Assembly: GCA_913030915.1 (NCBI GenBank)
Contig: CAJWEW010000006.1
Location: 1 to 61,496 of the forward strand
DNA from: an uncultured Rhodobiaceae bacterium
GTDB lineage: Bacteria; Pseudomonadota; Alphaproteobacteria; Rhizobiales; TMED25
DNA length: 61,496 nt
Reading direction: 5' to 3'
Of this stretch, positions 9,637-18,437 are shown one piece after another (the first letter of the stretch is position 1; the number at the start of each line of letters is the position of its first letter). The translations under genes were made by a program, and so were the position numbers. A model generated the notes under the pieces. That model saw nothing but the letters and a program-made list of their open reading frames with translations, ran no database searches and was not told where the DNA came from.

Positions 9637-10605
9637 ATGAAGTACAACAAAAAAGAAGCAAAAGAAGCAGCAAAAGAAATACTAAAGGGTATTTGGACAG
9701 CAATGCCATATTGCTGGGATAGTGAAGATAATTTTGATGAACTTGCCAATCGATCAAATATGGATCACATTATAAATAACATCAAGGTTGATGGACATTA
9801 CTGCTCAGGGAATATTGCTGAATTTTGGTCCATGCCTGATGAGGAGAGGATGCTCGCGCATGAGGTCATGCATGATCAGGCGGGAGGACGAATACCCATG
9901 ATTGCAGGGTGCCATCACCAATCAGTCAAACAAGTTGTCGCTCTTGCAAAACACGCTCAAAACACTGGATACGATTTTATAATAATACTCACTCCATATG
10001 TTGCAGCCAGAGATGATGAGACTGTTTTTCAGTTTTACGAATATATATGCTCAAAGATAGATATCGGCGTCATACTTTTTAATGTTCCTCAAAACTGTCA
10101 TCCAATAAATGCCAATTTGGCAAAAAGATTATCAAAATTAGATAATATTTGTGGGTATAAGCAGGCTGACGGTTCACCAGCATCAACGCATGCAATAATT
10201 GACTCAGTTGGGAATGATATTGTGGTATCTGTTGCAGATGAGGCTCCATGGATTACTAGTATGACGCAACTTGGTTTGCAATGGCTTGTGAATTACAATC
10301 CACATTTGTATCAGTCAAAGGGCTGGCTGCCTCTGAAGGATTATACAGATGCCGCCTTGAATGGTGATCTAACTAAAGCAACGCAAATTGCAAAATCCAT
10401 ACAGCCACTAAGAGAACTTCATGCTAAATGGATTATGGGATACTGGAATAGTGGTAGAATGCCCATTGCTGAAATGAAATATTGGCAAGAGTTAATTGGT
10501 ATGCATGGAGGAAATACACGACCACCAGTTATCCCAATGACGGAGGAGAAAAAGAGAGAACTAAAATCAGACTTAATAAAGACAGGGTTATTTGAAATAG
10601 TCTAA
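9637..10605 (+). CDS. DHDPS/N-acetylneuraminate lyase-superfamily class I aldolase (non-DapA)
   Basis: TIM-barrel pattern (G...EFWSM..EER, LTPY), Schiff-base Lys in CGYKQA. GTTGE is replaced by GNIAE. Confidence 0.85.
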   Translation: MKYNKKEAKEAAKEILKGIWTAMPYCWDSEDNFDELANRSNMDHIINNIKVDGHYCSGNIAEFWSMPDEERMLAHEVMHDQAGGRIPMIAGCHHQSVKQVVALAKHAQNTGYDFIIILTPYVAARDDETVFQFYEYICSKIDIGVILFNVPQNCHPINANLAKRLSKLDNICGYKQADGSPASTHAIIDSVGNDIVVSVADEAPWITSMTQLGLQWLVNYNPHLYQSKGWLPLKDYTDAALNGDLTKATQIAKSIQPLRELHAKWIMGYWNSGRMPIAEMKYWQELIGMHGGNTRPPVIPMTEEKKRELKSDLIKTGLFEIV

Positions 10606-11771
10606 TATTTTTGAAGAAGTTCGTGACCCAACTCGTCAATTTCATTTACCCCAAGAAGTGCCATATCTCTATCTATTTCTTCTTTCAATAAATTAATGGC
10701 GTGTGTAACGCCGGCTATCCCGGCTATTGAAGCCGCATAGAGAAATGGTCTTCCAATAAAGACGAAATCGGCTCCTAAAGCAAGAGCTTTAATTACATCA
10801 GTACCCCTTCTAAAGCCACTATCTACGAATAATTTACAGTCACCTTTTATATACGGCCGGATATTTTCAAGGGCTTTAATTGAGGATATCGCAGAGTCTA
10901 GCTGCCGACCACCATGGTTTGAAATTATAATAGCATCTGCACCTAAATTGATAGCTTTGAGAGCATCTCCCTTATTCAGAATACCTTTTACAATTAAATT
11001 ACCGTCCCAGAGTTTTCTAATTTGCTTCAAGTGTTCCCAGTTTAGATTTGACCTTTTACCAAAATCTCTGTTTATTGACGCAGAAAACACTGGCTCACCT
11101 CTTTCTGCTAGAAAATTTTCAAAGTGCGGCATGCCATGTTTAAATATCGTTTTCAGAAAAGTATTCATGGACCAATTTGGGTGTGTTAAGCCTTGATAAA
11201 GTAGACTAAATGATGGCCTGAGTGGCGTCGAAAAACCATTTCGAAGATTATTCTCTCTCCCTGCCAAAACCGCAACATCAACAGTTAAAACGAGCGTCTC
11301 AAATCCAGCTTTTTTTACCCGCAAAACAAGATTTTCAACCTTATCATGCTCTCCAGGGAGATATGCCTGAAACCATGTCCCAGGCGCTAACTTAATTATT
11401 TCCTCCATTGGAATTAAGGATGAGCCACTGATAACCATTGGGATATTCATTTTTTGTGCTGCATCAGCTAAAATAATATCTCCTCTGTATGCGGCAAGCG
11501 CACTCACACCCATAGGTGAAATACCAAAAGGAGCATCCCATTGCCTACCAAATATCTCAGTTTTCGTGGATCGCTCAGACACATTTCGAAGAATATTTGG
11601 CACGAACTTATAATTTGCAAAATCTTCAGCGTTATTGCGCAGTGTATGGTTTCTTTCAGCTCCGCCAGCTACGTATCCAAATACAGGTTTTGGAAGATGT
11701 TTTTTTGCGTGGACTTCGAGATCTTCAAGAGCATAAATTTTATTTAAAATACTTGGCTTTTTTCTAGTCAT
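10602..11771 (-). CDS. FMN-dependent alpha-hydroxy acid dehydrogenase (LldD/mandelate dehydrogenase family)
   Basis: SNHGGRQLD, DSGFRRGTDVIKALALGA, LTVD and KGIL motifs. Confidence 0.93.
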   Translation of the reverse strand: MTRKKPSILNKIYALEDLEVHAKKHLPKPVFGYVAGGAERNHTLRNNAEDFANYKFVPNILRNVSERSTKTEIFGRQWDAPFGISPMGVSALAAYRGDIILADAAQKMNIPMVISGSSLIPMEEIIKLAPGTWFQAYLPGEHDKVENLVLRVKKAGFETLVLTVDVAVLAGRENNLRNGFSTPLRPSFSLLYQGLTHPNWSMNTFLKTIFKHGMPHFENFLAERGEPVFSASINRDFGKRSNLNWEHLKQIRKLWDGNLIVKGILNKGDALKAINLGADAIIISNHGGRQLDSAISSIKALENIRPYIKGDCKLFVDSGFRRGTDVIKALALGADFVFIGRPFLYAASIAGIAGVTHAINLLKEEIDRDMALLGVNEIDELGHELLQKY

Positions 11772-11862
11772 AAAACAGTGGGTTATTTTGATATATAGGG
11801 GTTAACAACTTCGTTGTTTATGATATAATAATTCTTTATTAAAAAATAGAAAAAATATTTAT

Positions 11863-12426
11863 ATGTTTGATATTGATAAATTTATTCAAGAATGTGACAG
11901 CAGAATTGAAAAGAAGGATAATCACAAGGCAGTGATTGATATCCTCTCAAGGGCAGTTGAGAACCCAACAGATCTTTTTAGTTATTTTGGCGAACCAACG
12001 CAGGGTGGAATTCAAAAAATATACCAATCAGAGAAGTTTTCAATACTTAATGTTGTTTGGACTCCAAATATGACAATTATGCCTCATAACCACAATATGT
12101 GGGCGGCAATTGGTGTCTATTCTGGTAGAGAGGATAATATATTCTGGCGTAAATTAGATAACAGAGAACATGGAAAGATTGAGGCTGCAGGGGCAAAATC
12201 CCTAGAAAAGCACGATGCAGTTCCGCTAGGTAGTGATATCATTCACTCAGTAATTAATCCCACAAACAAATTCACATGTGCACTGCATGTCTACGGCGGA
12301 GATTTTTTTGAAACACCGAAAAGTGAGTGGGATACAGAAACACTTGAAGAGGCGGAGTATAAAGTTGAGCATTCTCATAAGATTTTTAGGGAAGCAAATA
12401 AAAGAGCTGAACTTGATCTAAAATAA
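11863..12426 (+). CDS. Cupin-fold, cysteine dioxygenase-like metalloprotein
   Basis: PHNH..WAAIGVYSGREDN, IHSV and LHVYGG give a 3-His thiol dioxygenase pattern. Confidence 0.75.
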   Translation: MFDIDKFIQECDSRIEKKDNHKAVIDILSRAVENPTDLFSYFGEPTQGGIQKIYQSEKFSILNVVWTPNMTIMPHNHNMWAAIGVYSGREDNIFWRKLDNREHGKIEAAGAKSLEKHDAVPLGSDIIHSVINPTNKFTCALHVYGGDFFETPKSEWDTETLEEAEYKVEHSHKIFREANKRAELDLK

Positions 12427-12431
12427 GCATA

Positions 12432-13421
12432 TTATATATCAACTATTTCTCCCATTTCACCAGACTTTACAATTGCTTCGAAAATCTCGATATTTGCTAT
12501 CATCTCCTCCGGTGTAATTGGGTAATCTTGACTATTGACGCAGGCGTCGTGCCATAATTCAAAATTTTCTAAGACTGTATTCGTATGTGGATGCGTTGTA
12601 ATAATCCTCTCGCCTCCTTGCTTACAGAAGACTAATTCACCCGGATCGTCGTGTTCAAAGTTATTAATCTCTCTAGCCTCAATCCAACCCTTATCTCCAA
12701 ATACAGTATATCTTCCATAAAATGGAGTAGCAATTGAGACTGAAACTATACCAGTAATACCATTACTAAACTCAATATTAGCCGACATAGTATCGATGCG
12801 AGGCTTTTCATAGGCAATGCTAGACATTGTTGAATAAACCCTCTTGGCTCCACCAAACATATGAACCATAAAATCTGTCAAATGAATACCTCTAGCAGTA
12901 AAACCACCTCCAGGGGCATCTTTTGGATTAAATCTCCAATTATCCTTACTCAGATTATCAAATAAATCATGACTAAAGTTAGTTTCGACATGCAGTACCC
13001 TGCCAATATCTCCGCGAGCTACATGATCAAAAAGACTCTTCATTGCCGGCTCAAATCTTCTTTCGTGACCAAGTCCCAATACAATTCCATTCTCCTTACA
13101 TGATCTGATGGCTTCCCTTGCATTTTCAGAGTTTAAGCAAAGTGGTTTTTCACAAAAAATGAATTTACCAGCTTTAGCTGCATCAATTATATGGGTGTGA
13201 TGAAGACGATTTGGCGTTGCTAAAATTACACTGTCTATGCTCGCATCAGACAAAACCGACGCATAACTATTGCGAAGCTCGATATTATACTCAACACCAA
13301 ATTCTTTGAGCTGTGATAAGTCTTGATCCACACCGCATACAACATTTATTTTTTTGCTTTTAGCAAGATTTTTTACAATTACCTTACCCCACCAACCAAG
13401 TCCAACAACAGCAGCTCTCAT
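12432..13421 (-). CDS. Gfo/Idh/MocA family oxidoreductase
   Basis: VGLGWWG, ATPN..H and CEKP motifs. Start placed at the ATG after a GAGGA RBS. Confidence 0.9.
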   Translation of the reverse strand: MRAAVVGLGWWGKVIVKNLAKSKKINVVCGVDQDLSQLKEFGVEYNIELRNSYASVLSDASIDSVILATPNRLHHTHIIDAAKAGKFIFCEKPLCLNSENAREAIRSCKENGIVLGLGHERRFEPAMKSLFDHVARGDIGRVLHVETNFSHDLFDNLSKDNWRFNPKDAPGGGFTARGIHLTDFMVHMFGGAKRVYSTMSSIAYEKPRIDTMSANIEFSNGITGIVSVSIATPFYGRYTVFGDKGWIEAREINNFEHDDPGELVFCKQGGERIITTHPHTNTVLENFELWHDACVNSQDYPITPEEMIANIEIFEAIVKSGEMGEIVDI

Positions 13422-13452
13422 ATTAATCCTCACGTGTAATTTTTTTACGTAA

Positions 13453-14670
13453 TCACAATTTCTTCTTTAATAGTAATAATAGCGTAATCAATGATATAAT
13501 ACCAAGTATTGAAAAAATTATCAGTGTATTTTCAATACCAAAAAAATCCCCAATTACGCCCATAAAAATTGCACTTACTGCGGCAAGACCAATGACAAGG
13601 ACTACCCATAAACTCATGACCCTACCACGATATGTGTCATTTAGCTCTAATTGGACTACCGCTTGAAGATCAATACCATTTATTGTCATTGAGAAGCCAA
13701 CGATAAAAATAGAAATCAGCGCGAGTGACCAACTACTTGACATCCCAAGAGTAATTATTGCAAGCAAACCAAGAAATGATGTGAAATAAACCCTAAAAGG
13801 GATACCTTTTTCTTGATCCTTTGATCTCCTCATCGCGATAAATATTGCTGCGACAAGAGCTCCTGCGCCTGCAGTAGCCATAAGATGACCTAGACCCTCA
13901 GGTCCCACATTATAAACACCCCCTGCTAGGGCTGGAAGAATTTCAACAGTTCCCCTCGCAAATAAGGAAAAGACAGCAGTAATTGCGCATGCTTCAAAAA
14001 TTATATTATGATTAATTGCGAACCTTGCACCATCTAGAAACTCTAGTAATATATTCTTTTTTTTACCTGGTTCTCCATCTTTTTTGGATACACTGATAGA
14101 TACTAAGGTTAACGGCATAGCAATAAGAAATAAAAAATTAATAAATATTGTTATTTCAAAACTTAGAACCTGTATCAATAATCCAGCAAGCGCAGGTCCA
14201 ATCAGCCTTGCTGAATTAAAATTGATACCATGAACAGCAATCGCATTCGCTAAGTTATTTCTATCAATTATTCGTGGCACAAGTGTCATACGCGTTGTCC
14301 GATCTGCTGATGTAAAAATACCAATGACAAGCGCAATAAGACTTAAATTATATATACTTAATAGCTTAAAATTGTAGAGGAACCATAAGATAAAAACAGT
14401 GATCGCAATTATTGACTGAGTGTATATGGCGAATTTCTTTATGTTCACCCTATCAATAACAACACCAAAAAATGGACCCGCAATTATAGTTGGGGCAAAT
14501 AATAAAAATGATAAAAAACCAACCCAAGTTGCAAGATTTGTTAATTCCCATGCTAGCCAACCAATAATGACTCGGTTAATCCAAATTCCGTTCATTGCAA
14601 AAAAATTGCCAGCGGTATATTTTTTAAACTCGCCACTTTTTAATGATGGAAAATTGAGTGATAAATACAT
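13453..14670 (-). CDS. MFS transporter
   Basis: About 12 hydrophobic segments, G...DR motif A, FNSARLIGP and YRGRVMS. Confidence 0.9.
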   Translation of the reverse strand: MYLSLNFPSLKSGEFKKYTAGNFFAMNGIWINRVIIGWLAWELTNLATWVGFLSFLLFAPTIIAGPFFGVVIDRVNIKKFAIYTQSIIAITVFILWFLYNFKLLSIYNLSLIALVIGIFTSADRTTRMTLVPRIIDRNNLANAIAVHGINFNSARLIGPALAGLLIQVLSFEITIFINFLFLIAMPLTLVSISVSKKDGEPGKKKNILLEFLDGARFAINHNIIFEACAITAVFSLFARGTVEILPALAGGVYNVGPEGLGHLMATAGAGALVAAIFIAMRRSKDQEKGIPFRVYFTSFLGLLAIITLGMSSSWSLALISIFIVGFSMTINGIDLQAVVQLELNDTYRGRVMSLWVVLVIGLAAVSAIFMGVIGDFFGIENTLIIFSILGIISLITLLLLLKKKL

Positions 14671-14699
14671 CCTGTATTCTTATTTAGACTTTTTGTGCG

Positions 14700-14720
14700 A
14701 TTATTGAATTATTCAATAAT
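14700..14720. promoter_or_regulatory. Candidate operator palindrome in divergent promoter region
   Basis: ATTATTGAAT-T-ATTCAATAAT, a perfect 10-bp inverted repeat between the divergent MFS and hydrolase operons. Confidence 0.45.
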
Positions 14721-14823
14721 ATTTAAATTATGTGTTTCAAATAATTTGTTTTTATCCTATAAATTATACTTAGTAAATTAATAATTATGTTCAAAATATT
14801 TTGTGTTAAAGGGGGGAAACATA

Positions 14824-16035
14824 ATGCGTACACCGAGATTAAACAGAGACGGGCATCAATGGATTTATGACTGGATTGTAAAAGAAACAGGACGTGTATT
14901 TCATTGGGATGAAGAGGGTCGTGAGCTTCCAGGAACAGTAAAGAGTCATGGTCAAATATCGAAACATCTTGGTAGGCAGGCTCAAAGACTTGAAAAAGTC
15001 GCACAAGAAGAAGAGCAAGCGGGTCATACATCGACTGCATTTGACTTATACTACAGAGCATCAGCTAAGTTTGCAGCTGCTCAACATCCAGTATTAGAGA
15101 CGAACGATGAAAAGAAATATTTACACGGTCGATGCATAGCGAACTTTGAGAAAGTTATCGAACTCGCCCCTTATACAATTGAAAGAGTGGAAGTGCCATT
15201 CGAGGATATGCAGCTACAATGTAATTTTTTCTTATGTCCTGGAGTAGATGTCGCACCAACAATGATTTTTATTCCAGGATGTGACATGACCAAAGAGATG
15301 TGGCCAGATCCAAAAGTAGTTGAAGCGCACGCACGTGGTATGCATTTACTTGTTATTGATGGACCGGGACAAGGTATGAGTAATATCCGAAATCAAAAAT
15401 TAACACATGGTAATTATGAGAGAGCAGTTCTCAAAATTGTTGATTGGCTCGAAACAAGACCTGAGGTCGATAAAGATAAAATAGGCATCTTCGCAGTCTC
15501 AATGGGATCGCATTGGGGTCTCGAAGTTGCAGCATCTGGAGATCCAAGAATAAAAGGCGTTGTTGGACCCTGGGCTTCTTACCTTGATAAATATTACATA
15601 TTAGATACATTTTCACCGAGATATAAACAATTATTTGGATACTTAACTGGAGCAAAAAGTGAAGATGAGCTCGACAAGATTGTTGCACAAATGACAGTGG
15701 AAGGAAGAGAAAAAGATATTAAATGTCCAATTCTACTAACTGTTGGTGAATATGACTCTAGAAGTCCTGTCGAGCTTGTTTATAATTTCTACGAGAAGGT
15801 AAAATCACCTAAAGAGTTGTGGGTCTACGAGGATACATACCATCAAGCGGTTATGTTCAAGGGTACCGGACAAGATAGACATGACTGCCATATGATGTGC
15901 ATGGATTGGTTAGTTGATGTATTTAACGGTAAGATTAAAGCGGGTCATGATAAGAAAATGTTCCTCCGTACTAATGGGAGCGGCCCTAATAGCAAGCAAG
16001 GTGAAAACAAAGATGCTCTTCACTGGTGGGAGTAG
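14824..16035 (+). CDS. Alpha/beta hydrolase of the 2,6-dihydroxypseudooxynicotine hydrolase / FrsA-like family
   Basis: N-terminal helical domain (YYRAS), PGCDMTKE, DGPGQG, nucleophile AVSMG, GEYD and C-terminal His. ATG follows a GGGGGA RBS. Confidence 0.8.
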   Translation: MRTPRLNRDGHQWIYDWIVKETGRVFHWDEEGRELPGTVKSHGQISKHLGRQAQRLEKVAQEEEQAGHTSTAFDLYYRASAKFAAAQHPVLETNDEKKYLHGRCIANFEKVIELAPYTIERVEVPFEDMQLQCNFFLCPGVDVAPTMIFIPGCDMTKEMWPDPKVVEAHARGMHLLVIDGPGQGMSNIRNQKLTHGNYERAVLKIVDWLETRPEVDKDKIGIFAVSMGSHWGLEVAASGDPRIKGVVGPWASYLDKYYILDTFSPRYKQLFGYLTGAKSEDELDKIVAQMTVEGREKDIKCPILLTVGEYDSRSPVELVYNFYEKVKSPKELWVYEDTYHQAVMFKGTGQDRHDCHMMCMDWLVDVFNGKIKAGHDKKMFLRTNGSGPNSKQGENKDALHWWE

Positions 16036-16105
16036 ATATTCTGCATGATACTGTAAAAAAGATCTGTTTAATAATGTAAATACGTCAATTAGGAGATAAT
16101 GTGAT

Positions 16106-17194
16106 ATGACTCAACATGATATTGAATTAAAACCATATGGACCAACTGCAGGACGAGAACACCCAGCAGGACCAGCAAAAAGACCAAAAACCCTGACTGT
16201 TGACCTTCACAATCATATGCGAACTCCGGAGTCAGATGCTTTGGTAAAACCTCACCTACCCCAGGACTTTCATCCTTCAGTTGGTGTTGCAAGTGATTTA
16301 ACAAAACAAGTAAATAAAAAACAATCTGAAGATCGTGAAATACCATTTACTGATATCAATGTAAGACTTGAGCAAATGGATAAATCATTGCTGGATGTAT
16401 CGGCACTATCTTGTTCACCACAACAATTTTTTTATATGGTTGATAAAAATCTTTGTGCTGAGTCTGCAGAAATAATAAATAATAATATCGCGGCGACTGC
16501 AAAAACAAATCCTAAGAGGCTCGTTGGTCTTGGAACTGTTCCGTTACAAGATACTGAACTTGCAATTAAAGAACTAGATAGATGTGTCAATGAACTTGAT
16601 TTCAGAGGTATACAAATCGGTGCACGGGTGGGAAAAGAAGAGCTTTCAACGGAGAGACTGGAGCCTTTTTGGAAGAGGTGCGAGGAGCATGATATTCTAA
16701 TATTTATTCATCCATCATCATTCTACAGTGATCGCTTTGGTGAGCATTACATGCTAAATGTGATTGGGAATCCTCTTGATACAACAGTTGCTATCCACTA
16801 CTTGATATTTGATGGCGTTATGGAAAGATACCCAAATATCAAATTTTATCTATCACATGGTGGGGCATTTCCAGCTAGCTATGCAGCCCGCATGGATCAT
16901 GTATATGGCGCAAGAATTGACGGTCGACAAAAAATTTATAAAAAACCATCTACTTACCTAGAAAAGTTCTACTTTGACACTCTAGTTTTTTCAGTCGATC
17001 AATTAGAATTTTTAATAAAAAAATATGGAGCTGACCATGTGGCTATCGGGACAGACTATCCGGCTGATATGGCAGAGCATGACCCAGTTGAACACGTATA
17101 CCAAGTTGAAAGTATAACAGAAGAGGAACGAGAGAAAATTTGTGGATTGAATGCCTTAAAGCTACTTAATCTGTCAGAATCAGATTTTAAGTAA
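16106..17194 (+). CDS. Amidohydrolase_2 family protein (ACMSD-like decarboxylase/hydratase)
   Basis: DLHNH metal motif, FIHP, SHGG, GTDYP and NALKLL. AGGAG RBS. Confidence 0.87.
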   Translation: MTQHDIELKPYGPTAGREHPAGPAKRPKTLTVDLHNHMRTPESDALVKPHLPQDFHPSVGVASDLTKQVNKKQSEDREIPFTDINVRLEQMDKSLLDVSALSCSPQQFFYMVDKNLCAESAEIINNNIAATAKTNPKRLVGLGTVPLQDTELAIKELDRCVNELDFRGIQIGARVGKEELSTERLEPFWKRCEEHDILIFIHPSSFYSDRFGEHYMLNVIGNPLDTTVAIHYLIFDGVMERYPNIKFYLSHGGAFPASYAARMDHVYGARIDGRQKIYKKPSTYLEKFYFDTLVFSVDQLEFLIKKYGADHVAIGTDYPADMAEHDPVEHVYQVESITEEEREKICGLNALKLLNLSESDFK

Positions 17195-17223
17195 AGAAAC
17201 AGAAAATTCTCTCTTTAAATTAA

Positions 17224-18426
17224 ATGCTTAAAGATAATCTAAACGAAATATCAGTAGTATCTAATAAAGATGCAAACGAGCGCGCTTTATCTCTTATCCC
17301 TAAGATTAGAGAAATCAAGAGTAATATCAAATCATCTGATACCAATGTTCCCACATACATATTAGACTTACTTCACCAAGAGGGCTTATTTAGATACTTT
17401 CAGCCAAGACAATGGGGTGGATGGGAGCTAGATTTTGAAGCATGGTTCGATATTCCTGAAATAATTTCTCGAGCAGATTGCTCGACTGGCTGGATCGTTG
17501 CTAATATGGCCTCACATCACAGGACTCTTGCAGTATTTGATGAAAGAATTCAAAAAGAAATATGGGATGATAATCCAAATGCTCTGATCGCTGCAGGAAA
17601 TATCTATCAACAAGGAAGCGCAAAAAAAGTAAAAGATGGTGTAATCCTTACTGGATTGTGGAATTTCTGCTCTGGGATTGAGATTTCAGATTGGTCTTTT
17701 TTTGCTTTCATGCTGGATGACAATGGAACAAAAGATTGGCACCAGTGTATTCTTCATAAAAGTGAATATGAAATCTTAAATGATTGGGATACCTATGGTA
17801 TGAAGCAAACTGGTAGCTGTTCAGTTAAAATTAATGAATTATTTGTACCCGAGTATAAGTTACAATCATTCTCTGTAAACCGAGATGGCCATACATTCAA
17901 AGGTGTAGATCTAAATAAGAATTTAATGTATCAAATTCCTACAGCGTCAATTGGCGGGCACGGACTTGCCGGGTGCGCAATTGGCGGTGCCCAGTTATGC
18001 CTTGATTTACTTCTAGAATGGATCGAAAAAAGGTCAACTAGCACTTCAAATATGAAAATGTCAGATATCCCAACAATACATAACAGGTTGGGAGAAATTG
18101 CGTCCAGAATAGACGCTGCGAGACTTATATTAAGAAATGACTGTATTGAAGTTGAAAGACAAATGCATGAGAATGGACAAATTTCAACAAATAATAAACT
18201 AAAATATAAGAGGAATGCAGCTTATGCAGTCAAAATAACTCTGGAGTCTGTGTCTATCATGCAGCAGGTTTGTGGAGCAAATGGTATATACAATGGATCC
18301 CCTATAACAAGTGCGCTAATGGACGTCCAGGCTTGCTCATCTCATATTCACTTCAACCAAGATATGCAGTTTTCACAGTGGGGTAGAAATCTACTAAAAA
18401 ATGATTTCCAAAGCCTAACCTTATAG
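17224..18426 (+). CDS. Acyl-CoA dehydrogenase-fold flavin-dependent monooxygenase, oxygenase component (HsaA/C2-like)
   Basis: GLFR..QPRQWGG.E, ADCSTGW, W.FCSG, W.T.GM..TGS and C-terminal HIHF. Confidence 0.85.
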   Translation: MLKDNLNEISVVSNKDANERALSLIPKIREIKSNIKSSDTNVPTYILDLLHQEGLFRYFQPRQWGGWELDFEAWFDIPEIISRADCSTGWIVANMASHHRTLAVFDERIQKEIWDDNPNALIAAGNIYQQGSAKKVKDGVILTGLWNFCSGIEISDWSFFAFMLDDNGTKDWHQCILHKSEYEILNDWDTYGMKQTGSCSVKINELFVPEYKLQSFSVNRDGHTFKGVDLNKNLMYQIPTASIGGHGLAGCAIGGAQLCLDLLLEWIEKRSTSTSNMKMSDIPTIHNRLGEIASRIDAARLILRNDCIEVERQMHENGQISTNNKLKYKRNAAYAVKITLESVSIMQQVCGANGIYNGSPITSALMDVQACSSHIHFNQDMQFSQWGRNLLKNDFQSLTL

Positions 18427-18437
18427 AAAGGCAGCGC

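Noticed and set aside
9637-10605. Calling this gene dapA
   Set aside because: It lacks the GTT motif and the catalytic Tyr, and its context is catabolic.
11804-11818. Small hairpin AACAAC-TTC-GTTGTT in the divergent spacer before the cupin gene
   Set aside because: A 6-bp AT-rich stem is too weak to assign a function.
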